Part shown: one piece after another, positions 37,801-51,000 of the stretch
How positions within the stretch are numbered: the stretch's first letter is position 1
How the letters are laid out: each line of letters starts with the position of its first letter
Source: Chiloscyllium plagiosum
Taxonomy: Eukaryota
Reading direction: 5' to 3'
Length of the DNA: 64,000 bases
Assembly: GCF_004010195.1 (NCBI RefSeq)
Contig: NC_057759.1
Coordinates: 4,866,657-4,930,656, forward strand
The notes under the pieces: model-generated
Told to the model about the DNA's origin: nothing
Databases searched by the model: none
What the model saw: the letters and a program-made list of their open reading frames with translations, nothing else
Translations under genes and position numbers: made by a program

Positions 37801-40800
37801 GCAGTGTGTGCCAGGCACCTATCACACTCTGTGTAGAATCATAGAGTCATAGAGATATAGCGCACCTTCAGTCCAACTCGCCCGTGCTGACAAGATATCA
37901 TAAATTAATCTCATCCCATTTGCCAGCAGTTGACCCTTATATCTCTAAACCCTTCCAATTCATACACCCAACCAGATGCCTTTTAAATGTTGTAAGCTTA
38001 CTGGCCTCCCCCACTTCCTCTGGCAGCTCCTTCCATAGATGCTCCATCCTTTGTGTGAAACTGTTACCCCTTAGATCCTTTTAATCTATTCCCCTCTCAC
38101 TCTAAACCTACCTGTCAAGTATTGGACGCGCCCACCCAAGGGAAAAGACTTTACCTACTTATCATTTCCATGCTCCTCAAGATTTTATAAAGCTCTATAA
38201 GGTCACCTCTCAGCCTCTAATATTCCAGGGAAAACAGCACCAGCATATTCAGTCTCTCCCTATTGCTCAACTCCCCCAACCTTATATCCTTGTATTTTTT
38301 TCCAAAACTCTTTCAAGGTTCATAACATCCTTCCTTTTGGAGGGAAACCAGATTTGCTCACAATATTCCAGAAGTGGCCTAACCTATGCGCTGTACATCC
38401 GCAACATGACCTCCCAACTCCTATACCCAATGCTCCAACCAGTAAAGGAAAGGATACTAATTAGATTCTTCATTATCCAATCTATCTGCATCCAAACTCC
38501 ACTTTCATGAAACTGTGAATCTGGACTCCAAGGTCTCTTTATTTAGCAGCACTCCCCAGGACCTTACCAATAATTGTATAAGTCTTGCCTTTATTTGCCT
38601 TTCTAAAATACAGCACTTCACACTTATCTAAATTACACTCCACCTGCCACGCCTCAGCCCATTGGCCCATTTGATCAAGATCCTTTTGTACTCTGAGGTA
38701 ACCTTTCCTCGCAAATCGCCTTTAAACACTCCTCCTTTCACCTCAAAGCTGTGCTCCCCACACTAGTATTTGATATTTCCGGGGAGAGAGACTCTGACTG
38801 TTCACTCTGTCCATGCCTCTCATAATATTATATACGTCATACAAGTACCCTTACAGCGTCCAATCCTCTGCTGGAGACAACTCAAGTTTGTCCAACCTAT
38901 TCTCATAGCTCACTTATTCCAATCCAGGCATCATCCACGTACACTTGTTTTGCACCATCTCAGAAGGCTCCACATCTTTGTTACAGTATATCCTTCAAAT
39001 GAGACAGAACTAAAGTTTTATACAGCTGCAATATGACTTGCCAACATTTACACTCATTGCCCTGACTGATGACAAGCATGCCATATGACTTCTTTACGAC
39101 GTTATCCACTTGGGTTGCCACTTTCAGGGAACTATGAACCTGCACTGCAAGATCCCACTCTATATCAATGCTCCCAAGAGTCCTGCCATTTACTGTATAT
39201 TTTTCTCATGCATTTCACCTACCAAAAAAATGAATCAACTCATAATACACTGGATTAAAATCCATATACAATTCCTGTGCTCAACTTTCAGGTTGATCTA
39301 TATTCTTTGACAACCTTGCGCACTGTCCCGCAACTCCACCAAATGTCATGTGCAAACTTACTAATTAGAAGTGGTAAGTGCAGAAAAACTGTTATTGATA
39401 ATCGAGAGACATCCAGCGGTCGCAGTCTAAAAGAGATGGAGTTGGACTGAAATGGGGACGAATGCCTTCACCCAGGGAGTGGGAGGCTGTGGAATTCTCT
39501 GCCACAGAGAATGGTCGGAGCCAGAAAATTGAATGCTGTTTCAAGAAGGAGGTGAATAGAATGCAAGTGGCCAAGGAACTGAGTTGGAAGAGCAGCCACA
39601 ATCCTAGTGCATGGGCATATCAAGCTCCAAGGATCGAATGGTCTGTTGCCATATACATGTTCCAATAATTTACTAGGCAGTGAATCCCACAGGCTCCTCA
39701 GTCTCTGTATGACGACATATCTCCCCATCTCACCCAATACGTTGTGCTCTTTGTCTCTAGCTCTCCAATATATGTCTGTGAGATATGGGGTGTGATGATA
39801 AATTGTCTCTATTCTGAGTCTTTAACAGTTAAAAAACGGACGATAATAAATTATACTTACGCCTGATGGACAAATAGAGCTGATTACTGCGTTTCCACAC
39901 CTTCCCGTCTGTGACTTCACAATGGTAAGTACCCGAGTCTGTCGGATGAGCTGATTCAGAGATGTAATCCCTGTGGTCTGACGGAGACTGGAGAGGGACC
40001 TCATTTCTGTAAAAGCTGTACCACAAGGAAGCTTGGGAGGGATACTCTTCAATCCAGCACACCAGTTTAACCCGTTGGCCATCAAACAGCTGCCCCTCAG
40101 GATGCACGGTCAACATCGGGATGGTGAACGCTTCTGGAAAGCAAAAGGACATGTTTCTGTTTCAACCTGTGGAGTGCCTGGGCTTGGGGAAACTCGGTGA
40201 TCAGAATGAGAGCAAGAAAATCCTGAGACGGGGTTAGTGCATGAGATTCCTAATAATCCTTCAAGGCCAATCAAGGCTGTTAACATAGTGTCAGCTGGAG
40301 GTCAGATTTGGTGACGATTGCGATAGAATTTGGAGTGAATAAATACAACCTCAGCGAGAGTATTGCACTCGGTTCTGGAATCCACATTCTAGGAGGGACA
40401 GCACAGCACAGAGAGAAGATGTGGAGGCAAATTTACCAGGATATTGCCCTTGGGGCTGGAGAGTTTCAGTGATGGCGAGAGACTGGAGAAAGTGTTTTTG
40501 TTTCCTTAGAGCAGAGGGCATTGAGACGAGGATGAGGGTCATGATTGAGATTTATAACATGATGAGGCGTGTAGATAGGGTAAACAGGAAGAAACGTCAT
40601 GCATTTCGTGGAGGGATCAATGACCGAGGGAGGGAGTATAGATAGAAAGTACGGGTCAGGAGTTTTTAGAGGAAATGTGAGAGAAAGCATTTTCACTCAG
40701 AGGCTCTGGACCTTACTGCCTGTAAGGTTGGAAGACGCCAAAACCTTCATCACATTGAAGAGTGTTTAGATATGACTTCACAATGCAAGGTTATGGGGCA

Positions 40801-43800
40801 ACGTGCTGGGGAAATGGGGCTTAGAGAATAGTGAGGTGGCTGTTTCTGACTTGATGGGTCGAAGGGTATTTAATATGTTCTTCGGACTCTGCAATAATGA
40901 TAGATAGTTACGTTTAACAGAAATGTGAATGCTGTTGCTCCTCTTCATCAGTCCGTAAACCGTATTGATCGCTTCACAGGCGTAATTCCCAGAAACGTTT
41001 GCAGCCGCTGAGTTAATGGTGTACACGCTTCCATGATCAGGTGCAGTCTGCAGTGCTGCGCTGTCTCTGTAAAACCAGTAGTGAAGCTGGAGTGAGGGCC
41101 ATGCCACCAGGACAGTGCACGTCAGCGTGAACTGGAGCCCCTCGAATACTTCAGCTGGCTCCACCCTCAGCACGGGCTTGGCAAATCGTTCTGGAATAGA
41201 ATATGTAATTGGGACTTATCAAGCAACTGTTATCAGAGAAAAGAAGGCACTATGGTGACACGCAATGAAGAATGTGAACATTTACTGACAAAGTACATGG
41301 GAGAGGGCAAAACTTTATCTTTCTCTTACTTCCCAAATTTCAAACTCCGTTTTGATGCTACTAGTGCCATAGAATGGTGGAGACATATAGCATGTATGGC
41401 ACGGTGGCACAGTGGTTAGCACTGCTGCCTCACAGCGCCAGAGACCCGGGTTTAATTCCCGCCTCAGGTGACTGACTGTGTGGAGTTTGCACATTCTCCC
41501 CGTGTCTGCGTGGGTTTCCTCCGGCTGCTCCGGTTTCCTCCCACAGTCCAAAAATGTGCAGGTTAGGTGAATTGACCATGCTAAATTGCTCGTCGTGTTA
41601 GGGACAGGGGTAAATATACGGGAACGGGTCTGGGTGGGTTGCACTTCGGCAGGTCGGTGTGGACTTGTTGGGCTGAAGGGCCTGTTTCCACACTGTAAGT
41701 AATCTAATCTAAAAATCTAAACACACTCTTGTGCCCAACTTGTCCATGTGGACGGGATCTCCCATGCTGATCTACTCCCATTTGCCACATTTGGCCTATC
41801 ACCCTCAAAACCTTTCCAACTCAAGTTCACAGAGACAAAGAAAGAAAGACCATTAGACAAAGTCATACAGAGACATAAGGAGGGGATACATTTGGCATTT
41901 GCCTCACACCCAGCCTAGGATACAGAAAAACAAAAAGGGGTTTGAGCTATAGGGAGAGGCTGAAATGGCTCTAGCATTGCTACAGAGAGGTGGCCATCAA
42001 CGTTTATAAAATCATGAGAGGTCTAGCTAACGAGAATAGTCACTTTCCCAGGGTCGGACAATCTGAAAGCAAATGGCATAGGTTGAAGATGAGAGGGCAA
42101 AGATTTAAAACTGACCTCAGGGGTCACTTCTTCCCAAGCATTGGTCGAGCTGTCAGTGGAAATGGGTACAATGACAACATCTAAACAACATTTGGTAAGG
42201 TATGTGAAACGGAAAAAATTGGAGGGATATTGGCCACAAGCAAGCAAATTGGACAAGGTCAGTTTAGGAAACTTAATTGTCATGGATGAGTTGGACCGAG
42301 GGTTTGGTTTCCATGTGTTTCTATGGCTGTATAAAACTAACTATTAACTTAGGTATTGATTTACTTTTTGAGAAGCAGACTGGTAGTGTGTGGCAATAAG
42401 CATAGCTGGTGGGAACATTGTAACAACAAGGTTATTCCAGTTCATCTCCTTCACACACACCTTCAACCATGACATCAAATTCACCTGGACTATCTCAGAT
42501 ACCCCCCCCCCCCCCCAGCTTCCAGGACCTTTTCACCTCCATCTCCAACAAACAATTCAACACTAGCATCTGTTTCAAATCCACTGACTCACACAGCTAT
42601 CTTAACTACGCCTCCTCCCACCCAACTCCCCTGTCAACAAGTGATCCCTTACTCCCAATTCCTTTGCTTCAGCCGTATCTGCTCCCGGGGTGAACAATTC
42701 CATTCCACAACATCCCAGATGGCCTCCTACTCTGACGACCATAGTTTTCTATACCCCGTGATCCACAATGTCCTCAACCACATCTCCACCATTTTCCACA
42801 CCTCTGGCCCGGAAACACCACTCCCCAACCACAGCAAGGAAAGAGTCCACCTGGCCCTCACACCCCTATCTGCAAATCCAGCGCATCATCTTCTGCCAAT
42901 TCCTCCACCTATAGTCAGACCCCTTCACCAATGCAATATTTCCCTTCCCACCCCATCCACTTTCCAAAGGGACCATTCAATTTTCTACTCCTTCATGAGG
43001 TTGACACTCCCAACCAATCTCTCTTCCATATTGGCATCTTTCCCTGTGTCTACAGGAGGTAGGAAATCTGCTCTCACATGGCTCGTCTTACTTTTGTCTA
43101 AGGCCCCAAAGAATCATTCTAAATCTGACAGAGGTTTATCTTCATTTCTTCTAACCTGATTTATTACATCCATTGCTCCCAATGTGGTTTCCTCTACACA
43201 GATACTGAACAACAACTCGGGGACTTGTTCAGGGAATATCTGTGGTCTCTACGCTCCAATCACCCCCACCTTCCGGCTCCCTGCCATTTCAACTCACCCT
43301 CCCACTCCCCCAATGTCATGTCCACCCTGGGTCCAGTGACTCATCACAATCACCTCCAACGTGCATCTACGTTTCGCCATCCCACCTACCTTCCTCCCCA
43401 ACCTGACACCCCTCCTTCTAATTATTACTCAGCCAACTTCCCCAACCGCAGAACTGATGAAGATCCTGGCCTGAAACTTCGACTCCCCTGCTCCTCTAAT
43501 GCTGCTTGACCTGCTATGCGTTTTCCAGCTCTACATTTATCGGCTATTCCGTGTAATATCTTAGCTTCCATATAGAAACAGAAAATCACAGGTTTCATGC
43601 CTTCGGCCCATCATATTAATCCCGCATGCCCACAGCTGTCTATTAATGGTTGCCTTGTGTTAATCATTCATAGCAATTGCTGGACAGCTTACCGATCGCC
43701 AGAGCGCAGTTAATGGTCAGCCGCATGGATGTGGGGAACAGGAGTCACATGGAAGCCAGACCGTGTCAGGAACGGCAAATTTCCCTCCCAGAAGGACATT

Positions 43801-44970
43801 AGCAACACATATAGGGATTGACCGATTATTAGTAGCCCTTTAAATTCCAGATTTTTATTATTAGGTCATGCTATCACACAACAGATCCTTTGGCTCACCT
43901 TAACCTTATGCCCTCTAGTTTTAAACTCCCCTTCTCTATGGAGAAGAACTTTGTTGTTCACCTTATTTATGCCCTTGTGATTTTGTAAACCACTATAAAG
44001 TCAGCCCTCAGCCTCCTTCACCCCAGGTGTTATCCATATGTCTCAAACTCTCCATTTTCGTTTACAGCTTTGTAAACCTTATTTTTACCCTTTTAAAGTC
44101 AAATTCCACAATCTGCCATGACGACATCTGAACCCAAATCACTCCCTGCCTCACTGGATTAATAGGCTACTGGTAACACCACTAAGCCATCACACGGCTG
44201 GTCTGTGGTTTGAGTCTGCAGCCTTATGATGTGTCATTTTATAATCTTCTAATTTATTATGAAAGTTTCGATCATGTCCAAGACTCAGAATTTGAATTAA
44301 TGATCTAAACCACAAAATTAAAAGTCTTTATTTGTCCTTTGCTGCAATCCATCTTGAACGTTTGTGGTCTGGTTTACTCACTGTCCTTGAATGAGGACAA
44401 TGCCATCCCCATTGCCCTCGGCCCACACTACTTGTCCCATTACTTCTCGAACTGTACCTCAGCTAAAAAGAGAGAACCACGTTTTTCTTTATTATCCGAC
44501 AGATCAACAGTGTCTTGGGAACCTTTTCAGCACCACCACAATTTCTTCTGCACAGTTCTTAAATTACGAAGCAAGAGAGAAAGGGCATTGTGAGTACATT
44601 ATGACATGAAGAGTTGCAGCATTTAATGGCAAATGTGCGAAAACAGATTTGCAGAGATGTTTCAAAGACTCTGTGGGCTGAGTTATACGGAGAGGCTGGA
44701 TAGTCTGGGAAGTTTTTCCTCAGAGTGTCGGAACTAGAGGCTATAAAATCATGAATAGCATGGGTAGGGTGAATAGCCAGTCTTTTCCCCGCGGTGGGGA
44801 GTCCAAAACTTTAAGGACATAAGTTTAATGTTAGTGGGGAAAGATGTAAAAATGACCTGATGGGCAACCTTTTCACATAGAGGGCTTGTGTGCCTGTGCG
44901 TGTGTCTGTGTGTGTGTTGTGGGTGGGGGGGGGGGGGGGGGCGTTGGGGGANNNNNNNNNNNGTGGGTGG

Positions 44971-45004
<34 letters not shown>

Positions 45005-48000
45005 GGTGATGGGGGGTGAACAAGCTTCCAGAGGAAGTAGTAGATGCCGGAAAAATTACGACAGTTAAAAGATATATGGACAGCTACATAGATAGGAGAG
45101 CTTTAGGGGGATATAGGCCAAACATAGGCAAATAGGACAAGTTCACGTTGGGAAATCTGGTCAGCATGGACAAGTGAGGACAAAGGGCCTATTTCCATGC
45201 TGCCTGACCTGACTCTATTTGGCGATGATGTGTCACAACCATTGACATGGGTAATATTTACAGATTGTAACAGATTCCACAGAAATTAAGGTTGTTTTAT
45301 GAGGAGAGACTGTCGAGGTTGTTCAGAGGTTAGAAGGATGAGAGAAAAATGCATCACTGTTTATTGGTTAGCTCGATTGGATGGACACACAGTGATGCCA
45401 ACAGTGTGGCTCAATTATTGCACCAGTTGGAGTGACCATGAAGGATTCTCATTCCCAATCTCTCCCCTTGCCTGAGCTGTGGTGATCCTCAAATTAATCC
45501 ACAAGCTATCCCCCTCACACATGATAGCGTGGGATGGTGGTAACTTTATAATGTTTAATTTTAATCATAGGATGCAAATAGCAGATTGACAGATGAGACA
45601 GGAGAAACCTGCAACCAATTCTAAAAGAGGAAAGACTTCACAGCAATCTAGTTATGTTCAATACACGATATCAGTTGCATGACACTGTTATCTTTTGCTA
45701 CAAATTCAGTGTATTATTATCCTGCTCCCAGTTGCCTGATGAAGGAGAAGCGATCTGACAGCTAGGATTTCCCAAAAAGTCTGTTCGACTATAATCTGGT
45801 GCTGTCTTATTACATTAAAAGCAGTCAGGTAGTTTGAAAGCTACTGGACCCAAAGAAGCAGCTCCATGCTAATACCCTCTCTATGACATCTCTCCTGAAA
45901 GAACCTGTGTTTCATTTTATCTTTTGTCCCAAGGGGTGTTTATGGAGAAGGTGCAAGTATTTGGAACAGCATCATTAAGTTGGGTTGATCTATTGGGATT
46001 TTGGACAGGTTAAGTTATTCAGTGTTCAGTTCTCTTTTATCTGTGTTTCTCTCGGTATTCCTTTAAATAAATTCTATTTTATTTAAAACTACCTGGTTTG
46101 AACAACTGCATCCCTCCTGGAATATATACTATACACCTGCTTAAAATAACTAGCAATGTTAGGGTCTGGGCTACATTCTTGAAATGGTTTGAAAGAGTCG
46201 AGCCTGGTCCATAACAATAAGCCTTGCTCTTCGTTAATGCAAGCCAAGCCCAACACATACGGAGAAATGCAGAGGGGGATAATCCAAAAGCTGAACTTGA
46301 AATCAAGAAAATAGTAAGATTTAGATAAAGCGTGAGACCCAGGGAAACGTGAAGACCAATTGATCATTTTGAAACTCATCCTTGGCGCTAGGTTATAATA
46401 ATAGATACATATCAGTTTCGTCATGGGTTTGTGTCCCGTTAGGTGTTATTCCACAGATATCAGAATATGGGCCTGTTTCTGTCTGGTATTCATAAATATC
46501 AAGGGGGCGACGTTAAGTAAATTTTATGGACGAGAAATTGACGGCTGGTTTGCTGACAATCTGGTAAACCTCCTTTGCACCCTCTCCAAAGCCTGCACAT
46601 CCTTCCAATTATTTGGGGACGAGGGCTGCACACAGTCTGCAAATGTAATGGAATAATGTCTCATACAGCTGCAAGATGACTTGCCAATTTGTATACTCAA
46701 CGCCCTGACCAGTGAAGGCAAGCATGCCATGCGCTTTCTTTACCATCTCATCCATTTACGTTGTCCCCTTCAGGAAACTATGGACTTGCACCCCAAGCTC
46801 CCTCTGTATAACAATGCTCCCAAGGATCCTGCCATTTAATGCATACTTTCCTCTTGCAATTGAGTTCCCAAAATGCACCACCTCACATTAGTCCAAGTTT
46901 CCATTCCATGAGACCATGCCGGGAGCATTATGTGTGCAGTTTGTGGTCTCCTTATCGGAGGAATGATGTACTCACTATAGAGGGAGGGCAGTGAAAGTTT
47001 TTCTGATTGATTCCTGGGGTGGCCGGACTCACGGATGAAGAAAGACTGCATCTATTATGAGAATACTCACTGGAGTAGTGATGAATGAGATCAGAAACGC
47101 AAATAAACCCATAAACGTTGAACAGAAGAAGGGAGGGTAAACACAGGAAAGATGCTCACGATGAATTGCGAATTGGTGGTTGTAGTGATGGTGAGGATGG
47201 TAGGGGGGAGTACAGAACTAGGGAGTCACAGTCTATTGGACATGGGCACCGAGTGAGATGAGGACAAAATGTTTTCACGCAGAGAGTAGGGATCCTGTTT
47301 TTCTCTGGGTCTCCAATATATCGCGATTTCAGCCTGTAGATATTCTGGACTTGGCAAAGCTCAGCAATCAAAACGAGAGGAAGAAAGTCCCGAGACGGTG
47401 TCAGTGAGGGAGATTCCTAACAATCCTTCAAGGCCAGTCAACGTTGTTTTCATCATGTCAGCTCGACGTCAGATTTGGTTGTTTTTGGAATGAATTCGTG
47501 CTACAACAGTGAGAGTACTGCACCTTGTTCTGGAATCCACATTCTAGGAAGGATGGGATAGAACTGGGAGAGGGTGCAGAGGGGGATTTACCAGGATGTT
47601 ACCTTGGGGGCTGGAGAGTTTCAGTGATGGAAATAAATTGGACAGATCAGGGTTTTCGTCAGAGCAGGGGAGATTCAGACGACGGTAGATGCCATGATTG
47701 AGATGTATAAATTGATGAGGGGGCATAAATAGTGTCGACAGGAAGAAACTTTTACCCCTTCACGGGATCAATCACGGTGGAGTAGAAGATAGATTGAAGG
47801 TTAGGGGTAGGAAGTTTAGAGGAGAGGTGAGGAAATATATTTTCACTCAAAGGATCTGAAACTCACTGCCGGTAAGGGTGGGAGAGGCAGAAACCCTCAT
47901 CACATTGAAGAGTATTGAGATTTGTACTCACATAGACAAGTCTACTATGCCACGTGTTGGGGAAATAGGGATTAGAGAATAGTGAGATGGCTGTTTCTGA

Positions 48001-51000
48001 CTCAATGGTTCGATAAGCCTCTAATTTGTGCTGGGGACTCTATAATACTGACAGATAGTTACGTTTAACAGAAATGTGAATGCTGTTGCTCCTCTTCCTC
48101 AGACTGTAAACTGTCTCGATCACTTCACATGCATAATTCCCGGAAAGGTTTGCAGTGGCTGCATTGATGGTGTACACGGCACCATGATGATGCACGGCCT
48201 CCAGGGCAGCGTTGTCTCTGTAAAATGAATAGTGAAGCTGGACGGAGGGCCTTGCCGCCCGAACAATGCACGTCAGTGTAATCGGGAACCCCTCGAATAC
48301 TTCAGCCGTCGGCCCCACACTCAGCACGGGCTTAGCAAAGCGTTCTGGAATGTAACACACAATGAGGGCTCATCAATTAACTGTTATCATCACAGAGTGA
48401 AAGGCACAACAGTGACACCGGGCGAAAAATGTGAGAATTTAGTGTCAAAAGCCAGAGGAGAGGGCAAAACTGTATCTCTCTCTTGCGTTCCAGATTTCAA
48501 ATTCTATTTTGATTCCAATAGATTCTTCGATTCATAGAGTCATACAGAATGGAAACAGGCCCTTCTGCCTAACTCATCCATGCTGACTAGGTTTCCTAAA
48601 CCGATCCAATCACATTTGCTACTATTTCCCCCACTCCCTCTTAATCTTTCCTTTCTATGTACGTATCCAAACTTCTTTTTTAATGTTGCAATTGTGCCTG
48701 TTTCCATTACTTTGTCTGGCAACATTTTCATATACACACCACGTTGTGCTAAAACGTTACCCCCTTAGGACCTTTTAAATCTTTCCCCTCTCGCTTTAAA
48801 TCTATGCCTTGCAGTTTTGAACTCTCCTAATCCAAACGCTTTTCCTAACGTGAATACCTTGGCTATTCACGTTATCTATGCCTCTGCCAATTTTATAAAC
48901 CTGTATAATGTCACTCCTCAGACTCCTGAGCTTCCTGGAAAAAAAGGTCCCAGCCTACATATATCACGGAAATCCTCCACAAATCGTTTTTACACCCTTG
49001 CAAAGTCAACTTCCACAGCGGGATTTCAACACAGATCCCAAGAACATTCCTTGGGTGTCTGCATTAATAGCCCATTGGTAACTCCACCATGCCATCATAT
49101 CTCTGATGCGTGGCTGGAATCTGCAGCCATCTGATGACTCAACTCCAATGTCTCCTTTCTTATGAATTTTTCGACAATTCCTTCATAAATAAAACATTAA
49201 AGTTTTGACTTCATAATCTGAACCATAATAGTCAGTCTTTCGAAATTATTTGTATCTCCTTTGCTATGCTAGTCAATCCACCTTGAACGTTTGTGGTCTA
49301 ACTCGCTCACCCTCCTCAACTGAGGACAGATTCCCCATCGTTTTCCTCAGACCATACTCGTTATGATGTAAAATACTGGCCTCAAACCAAATCACGATCT
49401 TTGCCTCAATTAAACAGAGAGCAGCCACAATTTTTATTTCCCCTACAGATCAACGTCTTTTAACCTTTTCAACACCTCCTTAATTGGCACTGCACATTTC
49501 TTAATATGCGGCACATGAGAGAGAGATGATTTCACGATGAAAGATGTACCATATTATAGAACTGGAAAATGTGCGAAAAATATTTGCAATGATTTGAAAG
49601 AAACTGGACGGTCAGAGTTACAAGTAAAGTTTGGTTAGGTCGGAACTTATTTCTCCGGAGCACAGGAGGCTGAGGGTGACCTCATGGAGATTTTAAAATT
49701 ATGAGCAGAATAGATAAGGTGAATAACTAAGGTCTTTTCCCCAGGGTAGGAGACTTCAAAACTTGATGGCATAGTGTTAAGTGAGAGGAGAACAATTTAA
49801 AAAGAAGCTGAGGGGGATCCTTTTTAAAAAGTTGGTGGTGTGTGTAAGGACTGAGCTGCCAGAGGAAGTGGAGGAGGCTGGTACAATAACAACATTTAAA
49901 AGACATTTGAACAGGTAAATGACGAGGAACCGTTTAGAAGGATACGCACCAAACACAGGTAAATGGGACTCGTGTAGTTTAGGAAGCCTTTTCAGCTTGG
50001 ATGAGTTGGGGTGAAGGGTGGATGCCTCGCTGACTCTATTTGGCGATGATGTATCACAACCCTAATCAGGGGCCACGTGAACTGCTTGCAGTTTCCCTAG
50101 ATCCCACCAGAATCTAAGGCTTGTATTATGAGGAGAGAATGAGCAGCTTAGTCAAACTTTATAAGGATGAGAGGAGGTAATGTGGCTGTTTCTGGCTAGT
50201 TCAGACGGCTTAACAGTCGGTTTGTGATGCAGACTGATGCAGACTGCAGCGTGGGTACAATTCCTCCTAGATCACCATGAAGTGCTTTCCATCTCATCTC
50301 TCCTCATATGTGTGATAACCCTCAAATTAAACCACCACCCAGTCTCGTAACTCGCTAATGAGAAAGAGGGACTATGGTGACTTTACTACCTTTCCCATTG
50401 CTCATAAACCATTAAAGGGAGGGGGATTGACAAATGAGACAGGGAAAGGATGTTTCCTAATGTAGGACAGTCTAGAACGAGAAGTTGTCGTTTCAGGATA
50501 AAGGGGTGAGGCAGATTGAAATTAGAGATGGAGAGAATGGCTTCTCTTTAAGGGGGAGGGCTGTTGGTATCGAGACAGGGAATAAGCTTGGATTGTTTTC
50601 TCTGGGGCGCAGAAGGTTGCGGAGGGCGAACATCGTACAGGTTTACGTGTAAAGTTATGAGGAGCATGAATGGGTGAATCGGCAGCAGCTGTTCCCTTGG
50701 TAAAGGTCAATAACAAGGGGGCATACTTTTAAAGTGAAAAGCAAAGGGGGAATTTAAGGATTGTTTCACCCAGAAGGTGGTAGAGGTTTGAAATGCACTG
50801 GCTGGGAGGGTAGTTGAAGAGGGACACCTCACAATCCTCAAAAGGTACTTGGACGACAAATTAAAATGTCATAACATTTAAGGCCGAGGGACCTACTGCT
50901 GAAAAGTGGGGTTAGTTTAGATTTAGTTTTCCTTTGGTAGTAAAGACATAATGGGGCGAAGAGACTCTTCTGTACTGCATAATTCAGAATGTCTCCGATG

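Noticed and set aside
41398..41465. tRNA gene
   Set aside because: The box A/B head continues into a SINE body and CR1-like tail; it is a SINE head, also seen at ~22720-22772 and ~63630-63720.
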